A DNA stretch of 63,527 nucleotides, filler included, from Theionarchaea archaeon (lineage in GTDB: Archaea > Methanobacteriota_B > Thermococci > Methanofastidiosales > SZ-28-30), in the NCBI GenBank assembly GCA_018992565.1. It is 5 parts of 5 records of this genome, joined end to end, with 100 filler letters (N's around TTAATTAATTAA, not from the genome) between each part and the next. Parts side by side here need not be neighbours in the genome. Positions count along the whole stretch, not along the records: positions 49,194 to 53,973 come from JACVGW010000130.1; positions 54,074 to 58,786 come from JACVGW010000131.1; positions 58,887 to 63,527 come from JACVGW010000132.1; 2 more parts are not named here. One strand, given 5' to 3'. The translations under genes and the position numbers were made by a program. Each line of letters begins with the position of its first letter. Positions within the stretch are counted from its first letter, which is position 1. Shown in pieces: positions 49,241 through 58,989 of the stretch. Under the pieces are notes generated by a model. That model was given only the letters and a program-made list of their open reading frames with translations. It was not told the origin of the DNA and did not search any database.

Positions 49241-51301
49241 ATGAGCTTCGTTGTCCTCACCCCGGCTCTGACATGTCCTGGTCTTGTGAAGAAAGGAAAT
49301 GGACTGGAAGTCCTTCTCCTGGCTACCAAGTCCTTTCGTCAGGAGGAATTCAATGAGCTCTCCTATTCACACTGGAAAAAAGACAGATCAGAGTCCATTG
49401 ATGCAAAAGACACTGAGATATTGCATTTTGTTCCAACAGACTGTCACATATCAGAGTTTGTCCTCTCAGCATACAGGAAGAAAGGGTTCACACAGGTTAT
49501 ACGGGCACGGATAACACTGCCTGTGTCAAAAGGGCTCTACCAGCTGACACATTTCTCGGATGAACAGGTTGCCCACCTTCTCAAGCAGGAATCCCCTGAA
49601 TCCTTCAGGGACGATTCTGTGAGACTGCACCACCCATTCTATGTGGGTGATTCTGATTACCTGAATATTGCTCACATCTCAGACAGCCACCTGGCAGCCA
49701 GGTTGTACATGCTGGAGGACAGGTGGAACTCCAATTTTAATGATGTGTGGTCTCAGTCCTGTCTGGGACAGGGAAAACCTGGCGATTTCTCCAACTACAA
49801 TGCCCAATTTGAGCGTCTCTTGACCATGATTGCCAGGAACAAGGATATAGACATAATCATACACACAGGAGACATTACTGACTACAACAGGGGATACCAC
49901 AACCCTGAGGGCGAGAATGACCTGTCAAAAGACTACTACCTGGACAGAAACTGGGTTCTCTTCTACCAGCTGCTGTACAGGAATTATGAGAAACCCTTCT
50001 TTTCAGTACTGGGCAACCACGATTACCGGTTGAACCCATATCCACCCAACCCTGTGGTACTGTCCAGAAGAATCCGTGAGTTCTTTAACATGGCACCTAC
50101 TGTTAATCTGACACGCAGTGAGATGAATACCCTGCATGAGAATCCTCATGCGCTCAATATCACCAAGAATCACGTCATGAAGGCCCCCTATGCAGTGAGA
50201 TGGTATGCTCTTGTCCTCAACCCTCTCCTGGACTACCAGGTCTTTTATGGGAACATGGCTTTCATGATGCTTGACTGGAACCTGGGAGAAGATCATGAGG
50301 AGGGCAACCCGTGGGCAGAAAAGGCCTTATCCTCGCGGCAATGGAAGATTCTCACCCTGTGGCACAAGAAAGTCATCAATCACAGGAAGAGAACACCTGT
50401 CGTCTCAGTGGTATCCATGCACTGTTCAGTCTTCAACCCCTTCCCGGAGATAGGGGATCGGAAGATTGCAGTCAACCCTGAGACCAATGTCTTCTACACC
50501 AGTGGGTTAACAGACCATTACGAGCCCCAGAGAGACCTGGTGGATGGAACCTTCCGGCTGAAACGGGATGAGTTCATCAGGCTGTGTCTTGGTAGCAGTC
50601 TCTACGGCAGGACAGGGTTTACAGCACTTCCTGAAAAGGGAGTGGATATAGTACTCACGGGTCATGCTCACAGGACAGGCATATACCAGGTGGAGGGTCC
50701 CCATGTGCTTCTGAAAAAAGGCGAATTGGAGCACGGGCCTGTTTTCTGTAATGCTGTATCCTCAGGTCCTATCGGGATAAAAAATGAGAAAGGAGGGATA
50801 GATGGTGTTGAATTATGTCCTCCAGCATACCAGGGAGTGTACACCAGGGGTGGGATCAGCGTGGTGGTTCATCAGTCTGAACTGGTATCAATACGAGAAC
50901 ATGCCAGGCGTTCTTTTGGAGAAGTGGGACGGGAAGAGACATTTGAAGTATCAGATCACGTGGCCGATTTCCCCGGCCTCCCCAGCACCTACAGGTGGGA
51001 AGTGACAAACCTGAAGAAAGGCAGTACTCTCACCAGGATTCTCATCACTACAGGGTGTACTGCTCCAATAGAGATCATTGAGACTCCTCTGGGCTGGCGG
51101 CATTCTGTAGCCAGAAAGGATGGCCGTACCGTGGTCACCTGTGAAGCTCACGACAGGGGACAGGGTATCTACTGGGGGGAAAAAGGAGAAATTCATCTCA
51201 AGGCACCCCACTGCGTGGAGAGAATGGGAACCCTGCAGGTTGCCTGGGATATGGATAGCACTCTATCTATACCTGTCTGTGTGAGAGTTCCTGGGGATTA
51301 G
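49241..51301 (+). CDS. Calcineurin-like metallophosphoesterase with extra N- and C-terminal regions
   Basis: HISDSH, TGDITD, LGNHD, SMH, LTGHAH; SD GGTGAT. Confidence 0.85.
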   Translation: MSFVVLTPALTCPGLVKKGNGLEVLLLATKSFRQEEFNELSYSHWKKDRSESIDAKDTEILHFVPTDCHISEFVLSAYRKKGFTQVIRARITLPVSKGLYQLTHFSDEQVAHLLKQESPESFRDDSVRLHHPFYVGDSDYLNIAHISDSHLAARLYMLEDRWNSNFNDVWSQSCLGQGKPGDFSNYNAQFERLLTMIARNKDIDIIIHTGDITDYNRGYHNPEGENDLSKDYYLDRNWVLFYQLLYRNYEKPFFSVLGNHDYRLNPYPPNPVVLSRRIREFFNMAPTVNLTRSEMNTLHENPHALNITKNHVMKAPYAVRWYALVLNPLLDYQVFYGNMAFMMLDWNLGEDHEEGNPWAEKALSSRQWKILTLWHKKVINHRKRTPVVSVVSMHCSVFNPFPEIGDRKIAVNPETNVFYTSGLTDHYEPQRDLVDGTFRLKRDEFIRLCLGSSLYGRTGFTALPEKGVDIVLTGHAHRTGIYQVEGPHVLLKKGELEHGPVFCNAVSSGPIGIKNEKGGIDGVELCPPAYQGVYTRGGISVVVHQSELVSIREHARRSFGEVGREETFEVSDHVADFPGLPSTYRWEVTNLKKGSTLTRILITTGCTAPIEIIETPLGWRHSVARKDGRTVVTCEAHDRGQGIYWGEKGEIHLKAPHCVERMGTLQVAWDMDSTLSIPVCVRVPGD

Positions 51302-51305
51302 CAGT

Positions 51306-52349
51306 TCATATCCACCAGTACAGCATGGGGGCTCGCTCTGCAGCTCCTCTCCCCTCCAGGTCCACATGAGTACCATCAATGACTGCCGTGCCCGTGGTCT
51401 CAAAAAAGAAGTTGGTGTATTTTACACGGGCGCTGTAATCATTGTATTCATACTGCCGGAAGTCCGTGATTTCAGCTGTGATATCAAATGAATTGTCTCC
51501 ATCATGTCCCGTACAGTGGATTTTTTCTCCAAGAATGTTGCGATACTTCTTGTCTCTTATGGCAGCTTCCAGGGTGTCAGGAAATGCAGCAGTGTACTCG
51601 CGAAAAGGATGGAATGTCCCATTCATGTACAGCCAGCATTCGTTGAAAGGCCGTACTCTGATACCTCCCGTGGTGGCAATATACAGGTCCAGGACTGCTC
51701 CTGTGCTCAGGTGTGACATGAACCACAGCCATTTGGATGGCCAGCAGACAGAAATCTTGGACCACATCCGTTCATACCACCCTCGATTTTTCCTCTTACG
51801 AGTAGTCACATCCTCACCTCCTATTGTCCCTTTCAATGAGGCTGTGACATCTCCTGAGTGAAACCAACTGGCAATCCTCTTGTTACAAGGCATCCATTGA
51901 AAAACCTCTTTGGAAGCTATGGAGCAGGGGTCAAGTTCGATCTTCATATCGATTTCTATATCCACCAGAGGCGTCTCAATTTCCAGGGCATAGTGAGGAT
52001 ACTCCCCTGTGATCATACCATGGTAGATTCTTCGGGGTTGTGGTTCTGCAACGTACCAGAGCTCATATCCAGACTTCATAGAACGAAATTTCACAGGGAT
52101 TCTCTGCAGGTCGAAGAACCCATCTTTGTCCTGATCCGGATTTCCTACCAGAGAATACTGTTTTTTCTGAAAAGCAATCCATCCGAAAGCGCCCATCCCC
52201 GTATAACTCCTGGGAAATCCCAGCATGAATGATAAAGGTGTCTCATCAACAAAAAAGGTACCCAAAAAGTGGAACCATTCCTTATAGCCCATGAGACTAT
52301 CGAAGATGCCGTCATCATGGAGCTTCTTGTCCTCATACCTGACGTCCAT
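51306..52349 (-). CDS. Hypothetical beta-rich protein, AttH/CrtC/tocopherol cyclase-like
   Basis: YKEWFHF, LKGTI, GWYERMW...WLWF, GTAVIDG...GRGAAE; start at ATG 52349 or GTG 52355. Confidence 0.6.
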   Translation of the reverse strand: MDVRYEDKKLHDDGIFDSLMGYKEWFHFLGTFFVDETPLSFMLGFPRSYTGMGAFGWIAFQKKQYSLVGNPDQDKDGFFDLQRIPVKFRSMKSGYELWYVAEPQPRRIYHGMITGEYPHYALEIETPLVDIEIDMKIELDPCSIASKEVFQWMPCNKRIASWFHSGDVTASLKGTIGGEDVTTRKRKNRGWYERMWSKISVCWPSKWLWFMSHLSTGAVLDLYIATTGGIRVRPFNECWLYMNGTFHPFREYTAAFPDTLEAAIRDKKYRNILGEKIHCTGHDGDNSFDITAEITDFRQYEYNDYSARVKYTNFFFETTGTAVIDGTHVDLEGRGAAERAPMLYWWI

Positions 52350-52512
52350 GCTCACAGTAGGGGGACATGTTTATAACTATTGTGAATTGCGAGGGATTCA
52401 TGAACTCTCAGCTTTGCGACTGGGATTTCTCTCGTGAGATACCAACCGTTGAATACGTCCTGGGCCAGACCTCTATCCTTAAGCTGTCACTGACGCGGTC
52501 AATCACGTGGTG

Positions 52513-53388
52513 TCACCACTTCATTCTGGAACGAGTCATGATTCCATAGGTTTCCACAGGTACCTTCTTATCCTTGAGCGTCACAGTACCTGCAATTCGT
52601 GTGGGGAGCTCCCAGTAGTGGGAATCCACCAGAAGACCCATCAGTATCTTCTTGTGTTCATATCGGTGCCTGATCGGATAGACATCCAGGATCATGTCGT
52701 CGGACGTGACCTTGCAGGTCTTCAGGACATGGTTCTCATCTACCACAAAGTCCATGTTGGGATCCAGATCAACCCACTTCCCATCATAGAACATGACTGC
52801 ATACTTGTAATCGTACCCTGAATAGTCTCCCCGTGAAATCACAATAGAGTAATCGTCATGGAGTGCTATGACCCAGTTCCAGGCGACATTTCGTGGAAAA
52901 TCGCAGAAGGTATGTTCCCTGCACCCGTAAGTGTTGATCTCGTACGTTCTCCCAAATGCATCCAGCGTCCCTGTGACAGTGACCTTGGGAAACAGTTCAC
53001 ACTTGAACTGCTCATCCCAGAACCGTTCAAGGATCTTCTGGGGACCTTCCGGTGAGTAGAAGAGATCTGCAGAAAATTCTGGATTCTTGATTCTGAGTTC
53101 CCAGCCTCCTTCTTCGTATTTTCCCTTTACTGATGCTGTTCCCCATTTCCCTTCAGCGCTCAGATCAGTATAGTCTTCCTGAGAAGCTTCGATTCTTGAA
53201 TCAAAGCTCAACTCAATCTTCTCGTCCTTTTTGAAATTCCATATACAGCTGCTCAAATGGTCCCTTATCTTGGATTTCAACATGATAAAGGAAAAGACAA
53301 GGTTCTCTCTCCTGGAAAAGAAATAGAAATCCCACCACTCTTTATACTTCATGTAACTGCCTATATCATGGTACCCTTCATGTTTCAT
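52513..53388 (-). CDS. Hypothetical beta-rich protein, AttH/CrtC/tocopherol cyclase-like
   Basis: YKEWWDFYF, VTGTL, YGCREHTF...WNWV, AGTVTL. Confidence 0.6.
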   Translation of the reverse strand: MKHEGYHDIGSYMKYKEWWDFYFFSRRENLVFSFIMLKSKIRDHLSSCIWNFKKDEKIELSFDSRIEASQEDYTDLSAEGKWGTASVKGKYEEGGWELRIKNPEFSADLFYSPEGPQKILERFWDEQFKCELFPKVTVTGTLDAFGRTYEINTYGCREHTFCDFPRNVAWNWVIALHDDYSIVISRGDYSGYDYKYAVMFYDGKWVDLDPNMDFVVDENHVLKTCKVTSDDMILDVYPIRHRYEHKKILMGLLVDSHYWELPTRIAGTVTLKDKKVPVETYGIMTRSRMKW

Positions 53389-53957
53389 CGGACACCTCCT
53401 TCCCTGGAATAGATGTTGATCTCTACCTCTTCTCTGTCAACGCACTCCAGCAACTGATCCAGAGCATCGCTCCCGCATCTGTCACCAAAGAAAACATCAA
53501 CAGGTTTTCCAGCATCCAGCAGAACATATCCTTTCCCCAGAGATGTTTTCACTTCCAGCGTGCCATAGAGCTTTCTCTGAACATAGAAATTGAGCAGTTT
53601 CTTAAAATCTGCATACATAGTATGGAGAACCTGGGTAGGTCTCTCCCTGAGCGTCATGATGAATATTTGGAGAATTTCCCGGGGCAGTTCATACACGTCA
53701 ATTATGCCCGGTTCAATCTTAGAACGTTCTATGATATTGTGCCCTTTTCGGTCCTTGACTGGCATTTCTTCCCCGTATATCTCGTATCCGTCAACAATTC
53801 TTCCTTCATCAAATATGCTTACTCCCTCACAGGCATCAAAAGTCAACTTCAATACTCCAGTGAGCTTCTTTTTTTTCAGCTCTCTGATGAGAGATTCCAG
53901 ATCAGTGAACCTCGTTTCAAGATCGCTGTAGAGTTTTTTCTGCTTGGGGAGTTGCAT
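53385..53957 (-). CDS. DUF2226-like protein (two internal repeats)
   Basis: LTGVLKL...FDEGRIVDG and LYGTLEV...LDAGKPVD; ATGA overlap with the next gene. Confidence 0.65.
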   Translation of the reverse strand: MQLPKQKKLYSDLETRFTDLESLIRELKKKKLTGVLKLTFDACEGVSIFDEGRIVDGYEIYGEEMPVKDRKGHNIIERSKIEPGIIDVYELPREILQIFIMTLRERPTQVLHTMYADFKKLLNFYVQRKLYGTLEVKTSLGKGYVLLDAGKPVDVFFGDRCGSDALDQLLECVDREEVEINIYSREGGVR

Positions 53958-53973
53958 TCCATCATCCTGCCTG

Positions 53974-54073
53974 NNNNNNNNNNNNNNNNNNNNNNNNNNN
54001 NNNNNNNNNNNNNNNNNTTAATTAATTAANNNNNNNNNNNNNNNNNNNNNNNNNNNNNNNNNNNNNNNNNNNN
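53974..54073. other. Artificial contig linker
   Basis: N44-TTAATTAATTAA-N44. Confidence 0.97.
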
Positions 54074-54155
54074 AAGGTGAATTCTCTGCTCAGTCTCGTT
54101 TTCATGATCTGTACCTCACAATATATGATAGGTAAGGTGTGGTTTCTATTTAAGG

Positions 54156-54533
54156 TTGCTGTCCTCAGGTGTCCATACTCATAAGTCCAACACCTTGAAT
54201 ACTCCCATTGAAGCTCTGGAAATGGTATATCCTTTTCTGGTAACTAAATACTCATTTATCAGCAATTCAGGAGGAAAGGGGTAATTCAAAAGCGGCATGG
54301 GCATATGCAGAAGTATTCAAGTATTCACCGATTGCGTTGTGTCTATCCAGAGTGAGAGAAGGAGATTTGCTCCGTACGGACTGTTTGGCGGGGAGGAAAG
54401 ACAAAGAGGCAGAAATGTCCTGGTAGAAGGAGATCAAGAAATAGAATTACCATCAAAAGCAACTATGCAGGTGAAAAAAGGGAACATCCTTAAAATACAA
54501 ACTCCAGGGGGTGGAGGATACGATACAGAGTAA
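54156..54533 (+). pseudogene. Hydantoinase B/5-oxoprolinase C-terminal remnant
   Basis: SGVHTHKSNTLNTPIEALEMVYPF...SGGKG*FKSGMG...SERRRFAPYGLFGG...TPGGGGY; in-frame TAA at 54282-54284; N-terminal part absent. Confidence 0.8.
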
Positions 54534-54716
54534 TCTCAGATGCTAAATCCTCCTAAGAATTCTACGGTATGATCGAAAGTCCTACAAAACCATACGACTG
54601 GTGGGGCTCAATTCGTTGGATCACACTTCTGGCTCAATTGACACTCTGGATATGAATGAATTACAGAGAGTAGGCTGGAGTTGCAATCTCTGCAGACAGT
54701 TCACAGAATAGCATCA

Positions 54717-56561
54717 CTATCTATATAGGTCAGCAGGTATTTTCAGGTTCTTTTTCTTTGCCACGTCTCCTGCTGTCTTGTACCCTGTGTCATAGTGACG
54801 GGCTACTCCAATCCCCGGATCCACCGTTAACACTCGTTGCAGCCTGACATCTCTCTCTTTGGTACCATCAGCCACAATGACCATTCCTGCATGCATTGAA
54901 AGCCCGTGGCCCACCCCACCTCCACTGTGAAACGATATCCAGGAGGCACCACAGATAGCATTCAAAGCAAAGTTCAAGAGAGGCCAGTCAGCAACAGCAT
55001 CACTCTCATCCAGCATTTCTTCAGTCTCCCTGGTGGGAGAAGCAACTGATCCACAATCCAGGTGGTCTCGTCCTATGACAATTGGCCCCTTGATTTCATT
55101 GTCTCTGACCATTTCATTGATTCTCAAGCCCAATTGCTCCCGATCTCCATAGGCCACCCAGCATACTCTGGAAGGCAATCCCTGGAAGAAAATAGACCCA
55201 TACTCCCGGGCCAGTTCAGTCCACCTTTTCAACTCCAGATCAGTGGCGAACTCCTTTTCCACCACCTTGTCAATAGCAAAAATATCTGATTCCTGCCCTG
55301 ACAGCGTGGCCCACCTGAAGGGCCCCTTTCCCTGGCAGAACAGCTGCCTGACATATTTCCGTACAAACCCAGGGTACGCATACTGCTCTCGTTCCACAAC
55401 TGCCCCATTCCTGGTTACAGGGGTTCCAAATTCATCCAGAACGGGTTGTACTTCCTTCATAGAGGGGGCGTCTTTTCCAGATGCTCTGGCTTCTTCAATT
55501 TTCGCTCTGATACCGTTCCCATATTCAAACACGGTGGAGCCCATCCTTTTCAGTTCCAGAAGCGCCCTCATATGACTGATCATCGTATTTTCCGATTGCT
55601 CCTCATACTCTCCCTTATCAAGGTCTGGATTCTCTTTTATGAGTTCCTGATATTCCTTTCCATATTCAACTGGTATGTAATTCTCCAGCTTGTGAGCAGA
55701 AGTCTGATCAGTGACAAAGTCAGGCAAATACTCTGGGTTTTTCTTTGCCATTTCCACAATTTTCGGATGGATATCGCCTGCGTTTCCTGCCAGACCAATT
55801 GATACAGGTTTTTTCTCCTTCTTGTAGCAGGCTACCCGGTTCATAGCATCTTCCAGGTTATCTGCTTTTTCGTCCAGTTTAGGGAAGGGGTTGTCCTTAC
55901 CTGGGAGTAAATTCTGAATCTTGTCCTCCTTCACTTCCACAATCAGCCCTACCCCCCCATTCATGGTGATAGACAGAGGTTGAGCCTGCCCCATGGCCCC
56001 CAGTCCAGCGGTTAGTACGAACTTCCCCTGCAGCGGGTTGGGATGACTCCCTCCTGCCTGCATTCCTGCATGGTACATCGTGGAGTACGTTCCCTGCAGA
56101 ATCCCCTGAAATCCAATATAAATCCAGGATCCTGCAGTCATCTGACCATACATCATGAGCCCCAGTTCATCCAGGTGGTCAAAGTGCTGATCAGTGGCCC
56201 ATCGAGGAACCAGGTTAGAATTGGCAATAACGACTCTGGGAGCTTCACCATACGTTTTAGCTATGTACACTGGTTTTCCTGACTGGACACATAAGGTTTC
56301 ATCAGGTTCCAGGTTCATGAGACACTCTCGTATCCTCTGGTACTCCTGCCAGTTACGGGCAGCACGTCCCGAGCCACCATACACGATAAGGTTCTTCCAG
56401 TCTTTGGCTACTCGATATCTGGCCTCTCCCAGATCTGTTAAGTTGTTTTCCATCATACGCAGCGCTGCTTCTGCATCCCAGGTCTTGCAGCGCAAATCAT
56501 CTCCTGTATAAGCCTTAATAGGGGTCTTAGGTCTAAATTTTTCATACATGGGTCGTGTCAT
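54717..56561 (-). CDS. hutU: Urocanate hydratase
   Basis: LIVYGGSGRAARNW, QSGKPV, MYGQMTAGSWIYIG, TDQTSAH, GRDHLD, HSGGGVG. Confidence 0.96.
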   Translation of the reverse strand: MTRPMYEKFRPKTPIKAYTGDDLRCKTWDAEAALRMMENNLTDLGEARYRVAKDWKNLIVYGGSGRAARNWQEYQRIRECLMNLEPDETLCVQSGKPVYIAKTYGEAPRVVIANSNLVPRWATDQHFDHLDELGLMMYGQMTAGSWIYIGFQGILQGTYSTMYHAGMQAGGSHPNPLQGKFVLTAGLGAMGQAQPLSITMNGGVGLIVEVKEDKIQNLLPGKDNPFPKLDEKADNLEDAMNRVACYKKEKKPVSIGLAGNAGDIHPKIVEMAKKNPEYLPDFVTDQTSAHKLENYIPVEYGKEYQELIKENPDLDKGEYEEQSENTMISHMRALLELKRMGSTVFEYGNGIRAKIEEARASGKDAPSMKEVQPVLDEFGTPVTRNGAVVEREQYAYPGFVRKYVRQLFCQGKGPFRWATLSGQESDIFAIDKVVEKEFATDLELKRWTELAREYGSIFFQGLPSRVCWVAYGDREQLGLRINEMVRDNEIKGPIVIGRDHLDCGSVASPTRETEEMLDESDAVADWPLLNFALNAICGASWISFHSGGGVGHGLSMHAGMVIVADGTKERDVRLQRVLTVDPGIGVARHYDTGYKTAGDVAKKKNLKIPADLYR

Positions 56562-56799
56562 TATACAACCTCCATTTTGCTCTTAACACAGGTTGATAGC
56601 TGTGACATGTGTCCTGTGCCAAACCCTCTTCCCACGTTGTTCCTTCTTAACGCGCTGTTGATTCTGCAGTGTTAAAAAGGTTATCATCTAGATCAAGAGA
56701 AGCCTCCACACTTCTCAGACAACCCTCACGTGTGGCACTCCCCACATGATGCCGGTGGGTGGTAACAAGATTCTTAAGGGTTGAAAAGTGGCACATCAT

Positions 56800-57615
56800 A
56801 TGGATGACCGGCCATTCAGAGAAGTGAAACCCAGGGAGAAGAACCCAGTGAGAAAGAATCCATCAGACGATGGAGGGTTCAGAAACTCATATGAAGATAC
56901 AGAACGAGCGCGCGCGTATGCTGGCCTTGAGTTTCCAGGTACATACTATCTGGCATATCGGGATTTGCCAGAGATAATCTGGCAGCATGTCAAGGGAAGA
57001 GAGGCCATGGACTTTGGATGTGGCGCAGGACGGTCAACACGGTTTTTGAAACGCCTGGGATTTCACACTGTTGGAGTTGATATATCAACTGAAATGCTGA
57101 GAAAAGCCAGGGAAATAGATCCTGAAGGTGACTACCGTATCATTGAAGAGAATACTCTCAGCCAAGTTGAAGCAGACTTCTTTGATCTGGTTTTGTGTGC
57201 CTTCACCTTTGATAATATCCCAACAATGGAAAAAAAGATCAAGAATTTCAAAGAAATCAGGAGAATATTGAAAGAAGAAGGAAGAATTGTCAACCTGGTG
57301 TCCTCTCCCGAGATATATACTCATGAATGGGCCTCGTTTTCCACCAAAGATTTCCCTGAGAATCTCACTGCGAAAAGTGGGGAAAAAGTGAGGATTATTC
57401 AAACAGATCTAGAGGATAAGAGGCCAGTTGAAGACGTTATTTGCTCAGAAGGTGATTACAGGAGAATCTATGGCGAGGCTGGATTGGAGATTGCTGCTGT
57501 GGCCAGGCCTCTGGCCCGAGAGGATGAACCCTACTCATGGATCAATGAAACACGGATTCCCCCCTGGACTATTTACGTTCTGAAAAAAAGGAAAGCCAGA
57601 GAGGCTGAGAGGTGA
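56800..57615 (+). CDS. Class I SAM-dependent methyltransferase
   Basis: MDFGCGAGRS, GVDISTEML, FDLV, LKEEG. Confidence 0.9.
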   Translation: MDDRPFREVKPREKNPVRKNPSDDGGFRNSYEDTERARAYAGLEFPGTYYLAYRDLPEIIWQHVKGREAMDFGCGAGRSTRFLKRLGFHTVGVDISTEMLRKAREIDPEGDYRIIEENTLSQVEADFFDLVLCAFTFDNIPTMEKKIKNFKEIRRILKEEGRIVNLVSSPEIYTHEWASFSTKDFPENLTAKSGEKVRIIQTDLEDKRPVEDVICSEGDYRRIYGEAGLEIAAVARPLAREDEPYSWINETRIPPWTIYVLKKRKAREAER

Positions 57616-57695
57616 AGGGACGAAGAACCCATTCGCACCCTGAAGCCTGAAGTTCCGACCAACGTCAATTCTATCATTGTTCTGTGGCACATTTC

Positions 57696-58484
57696 TCAAC
57701 CACGTGTAAGGTTCTCCAGTAATCGAAAAAGTACCTCAGCCTTGGAGGCAATTTCAGGACTTTCAAAAGAGTGAATCTCCAGAATATTCACCAGTTCCTG
57801 GTACAGGTCCGGCAATCCCAGGATATCAACTACTTGCTCTTTAATCCACTTGTCATAGGCAATCGGATATATCCTGTTGGAAATAAAGAGAAGTTGAAGG
57901 AACTCACGGAATGCATCATATAACCTGTTGAAAGCCTGGAAGTACAGTCCTCGATCCACAAACAAGGCGATGTGGTCCAGGTTATTGACACAGTAGCGTC
58001 TGACCACAGCAATTCTTTCCTGACGCAAGTCCTCATTGTAGTAAGGTAACCACAGCGCCTTTAGTTCCTGGAAAAAACCACTCTGCTCCAGGAGAGGGAG
58101 ACTGTACACCAAAGTGTTTCCGATTTCCAGCTCGAACTCATCAGGTCCAGATGTCCAATGCCGCGGCTGGGGGTTGAACTGGCCATCAACAAAATCAAGA
58201 TCAACGTGTGAGTACTTCCCCACAGTCCGGACATCTCTGAAGACCTTCTCGTGTTCATAATAGGTATTCCATTCACTCTCCAGAGCAGGTCTTCTGGCAG
58301 AGAGTACTTCAGGTCTGACCAGTACCATGAAGTCGAGACAGCTGTCAGGTGAACCCTTACCACGAGCACACGACCCGTACAGAATCACAGCCTCAATATC
58401 AGGTTGTCCACGAAAAAAATCCACAACAGCCAGTGAAGCACGTTCATGATACGGTGTGGGGTATTTCGCTTCTATATGAACCAT
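57696..58484 (-). CDS. Pol-beta-like nucleotidyltransferase domain protein with helical C-terminal domain
   Basis: VILYGSCARG...DSCLD; SD AAGGTGA before ATG 58484. Confidence 0.8.
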   Translation of the reverse strand: MVHIEAKYPTPYHERASLAVVDFFRGQPDIEAVILYGSCARGKGSPDSCLDFMVLVRPEVLSARRPALESEWNTYYEHEKVFRDVRTVGKYSHVDLDFVDGQFNPQPRHWTSGPDEFELEIGNTLVYSLPLLEQSGFFQELKALWLPYYNEDLRQERIAVVRRYCVNNLDHIALFVDRGLYFQAFNRLYDAFREFLQLLFISNRIYPIAYDKWIKEQVVDILGLPDLYQELVNILEIHSFESPEIASKAEVLFRLLENLTRG

Positions 58485-58560
58485 AGTCTCACCTTGACTA
58501 CACATCTTGATGACTCTGCGCAATTAAAAGCTTGCTGGAGAATAGGCGAAAAAGGGGGGC

Positions 58561-58786
58561 TCATACGACAATCTGAGAATTATCCCCCAGCACCAGTGTG
58601 TATCCCCTGGGGACTCTGGTTCTTGAAGAACTGATTTCACACCCTCTCCCAATCAGACTGTCAAAAATACGTTCCCCATCAGAGATTACGGTATCGTCCA
58701 TGACAATTGAAGACTCCACCTCAGTGTTCTTGATGACAACATTGTTTCCAATTGATGTGAAAGGTCCAATATACGTATTGGGGCCA
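58561..58786 (-). CDS. C-terminal left-handed beta-helix of a sugar-phosphate nucleotidyltransferase (glucose-1-phosphate thymidylyltransferase, long form), partial
   Basis: Manual translation GPNTYIGPFTSIGNNVVIKNTEVESSIVM...DSLIGR...LVLGDNSQIVV*; truncated by the contig end. Confidence 0.8.
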
Positions 58787-58886
58787 NNNNNNNNNNNNNN
58801 NNNNNNNNNNNNNNNNNNNNNNNNNNNNNNTTAATTAATTAANNNNNNNNNNNNNNNNNNNNNNNNNNNNNNNNNNNNNNNNNNNN
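58787..58886. other. Artificial contig linker
   Basis: N44-TTAATTAATTAA-N44. Confidence 0.97.
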
Positions 58887-58989
58887 CCTCACTTCACATG
58901 GTTCACACCATTTTTAGCTTTTTCTAATACAGACCGAGGAACGAGATTCACTGGATATGACCTGCTCTATCCTGAAGGCCTAGACGAGT

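Noticed and set aside
54282..54284. In-frame stop as recoding (Sec/Pyl)
   Set aside because: The codon is TAA at a non-catalytic position in a 5'-truncated fragment; a pseudogene is the simpler explanation.
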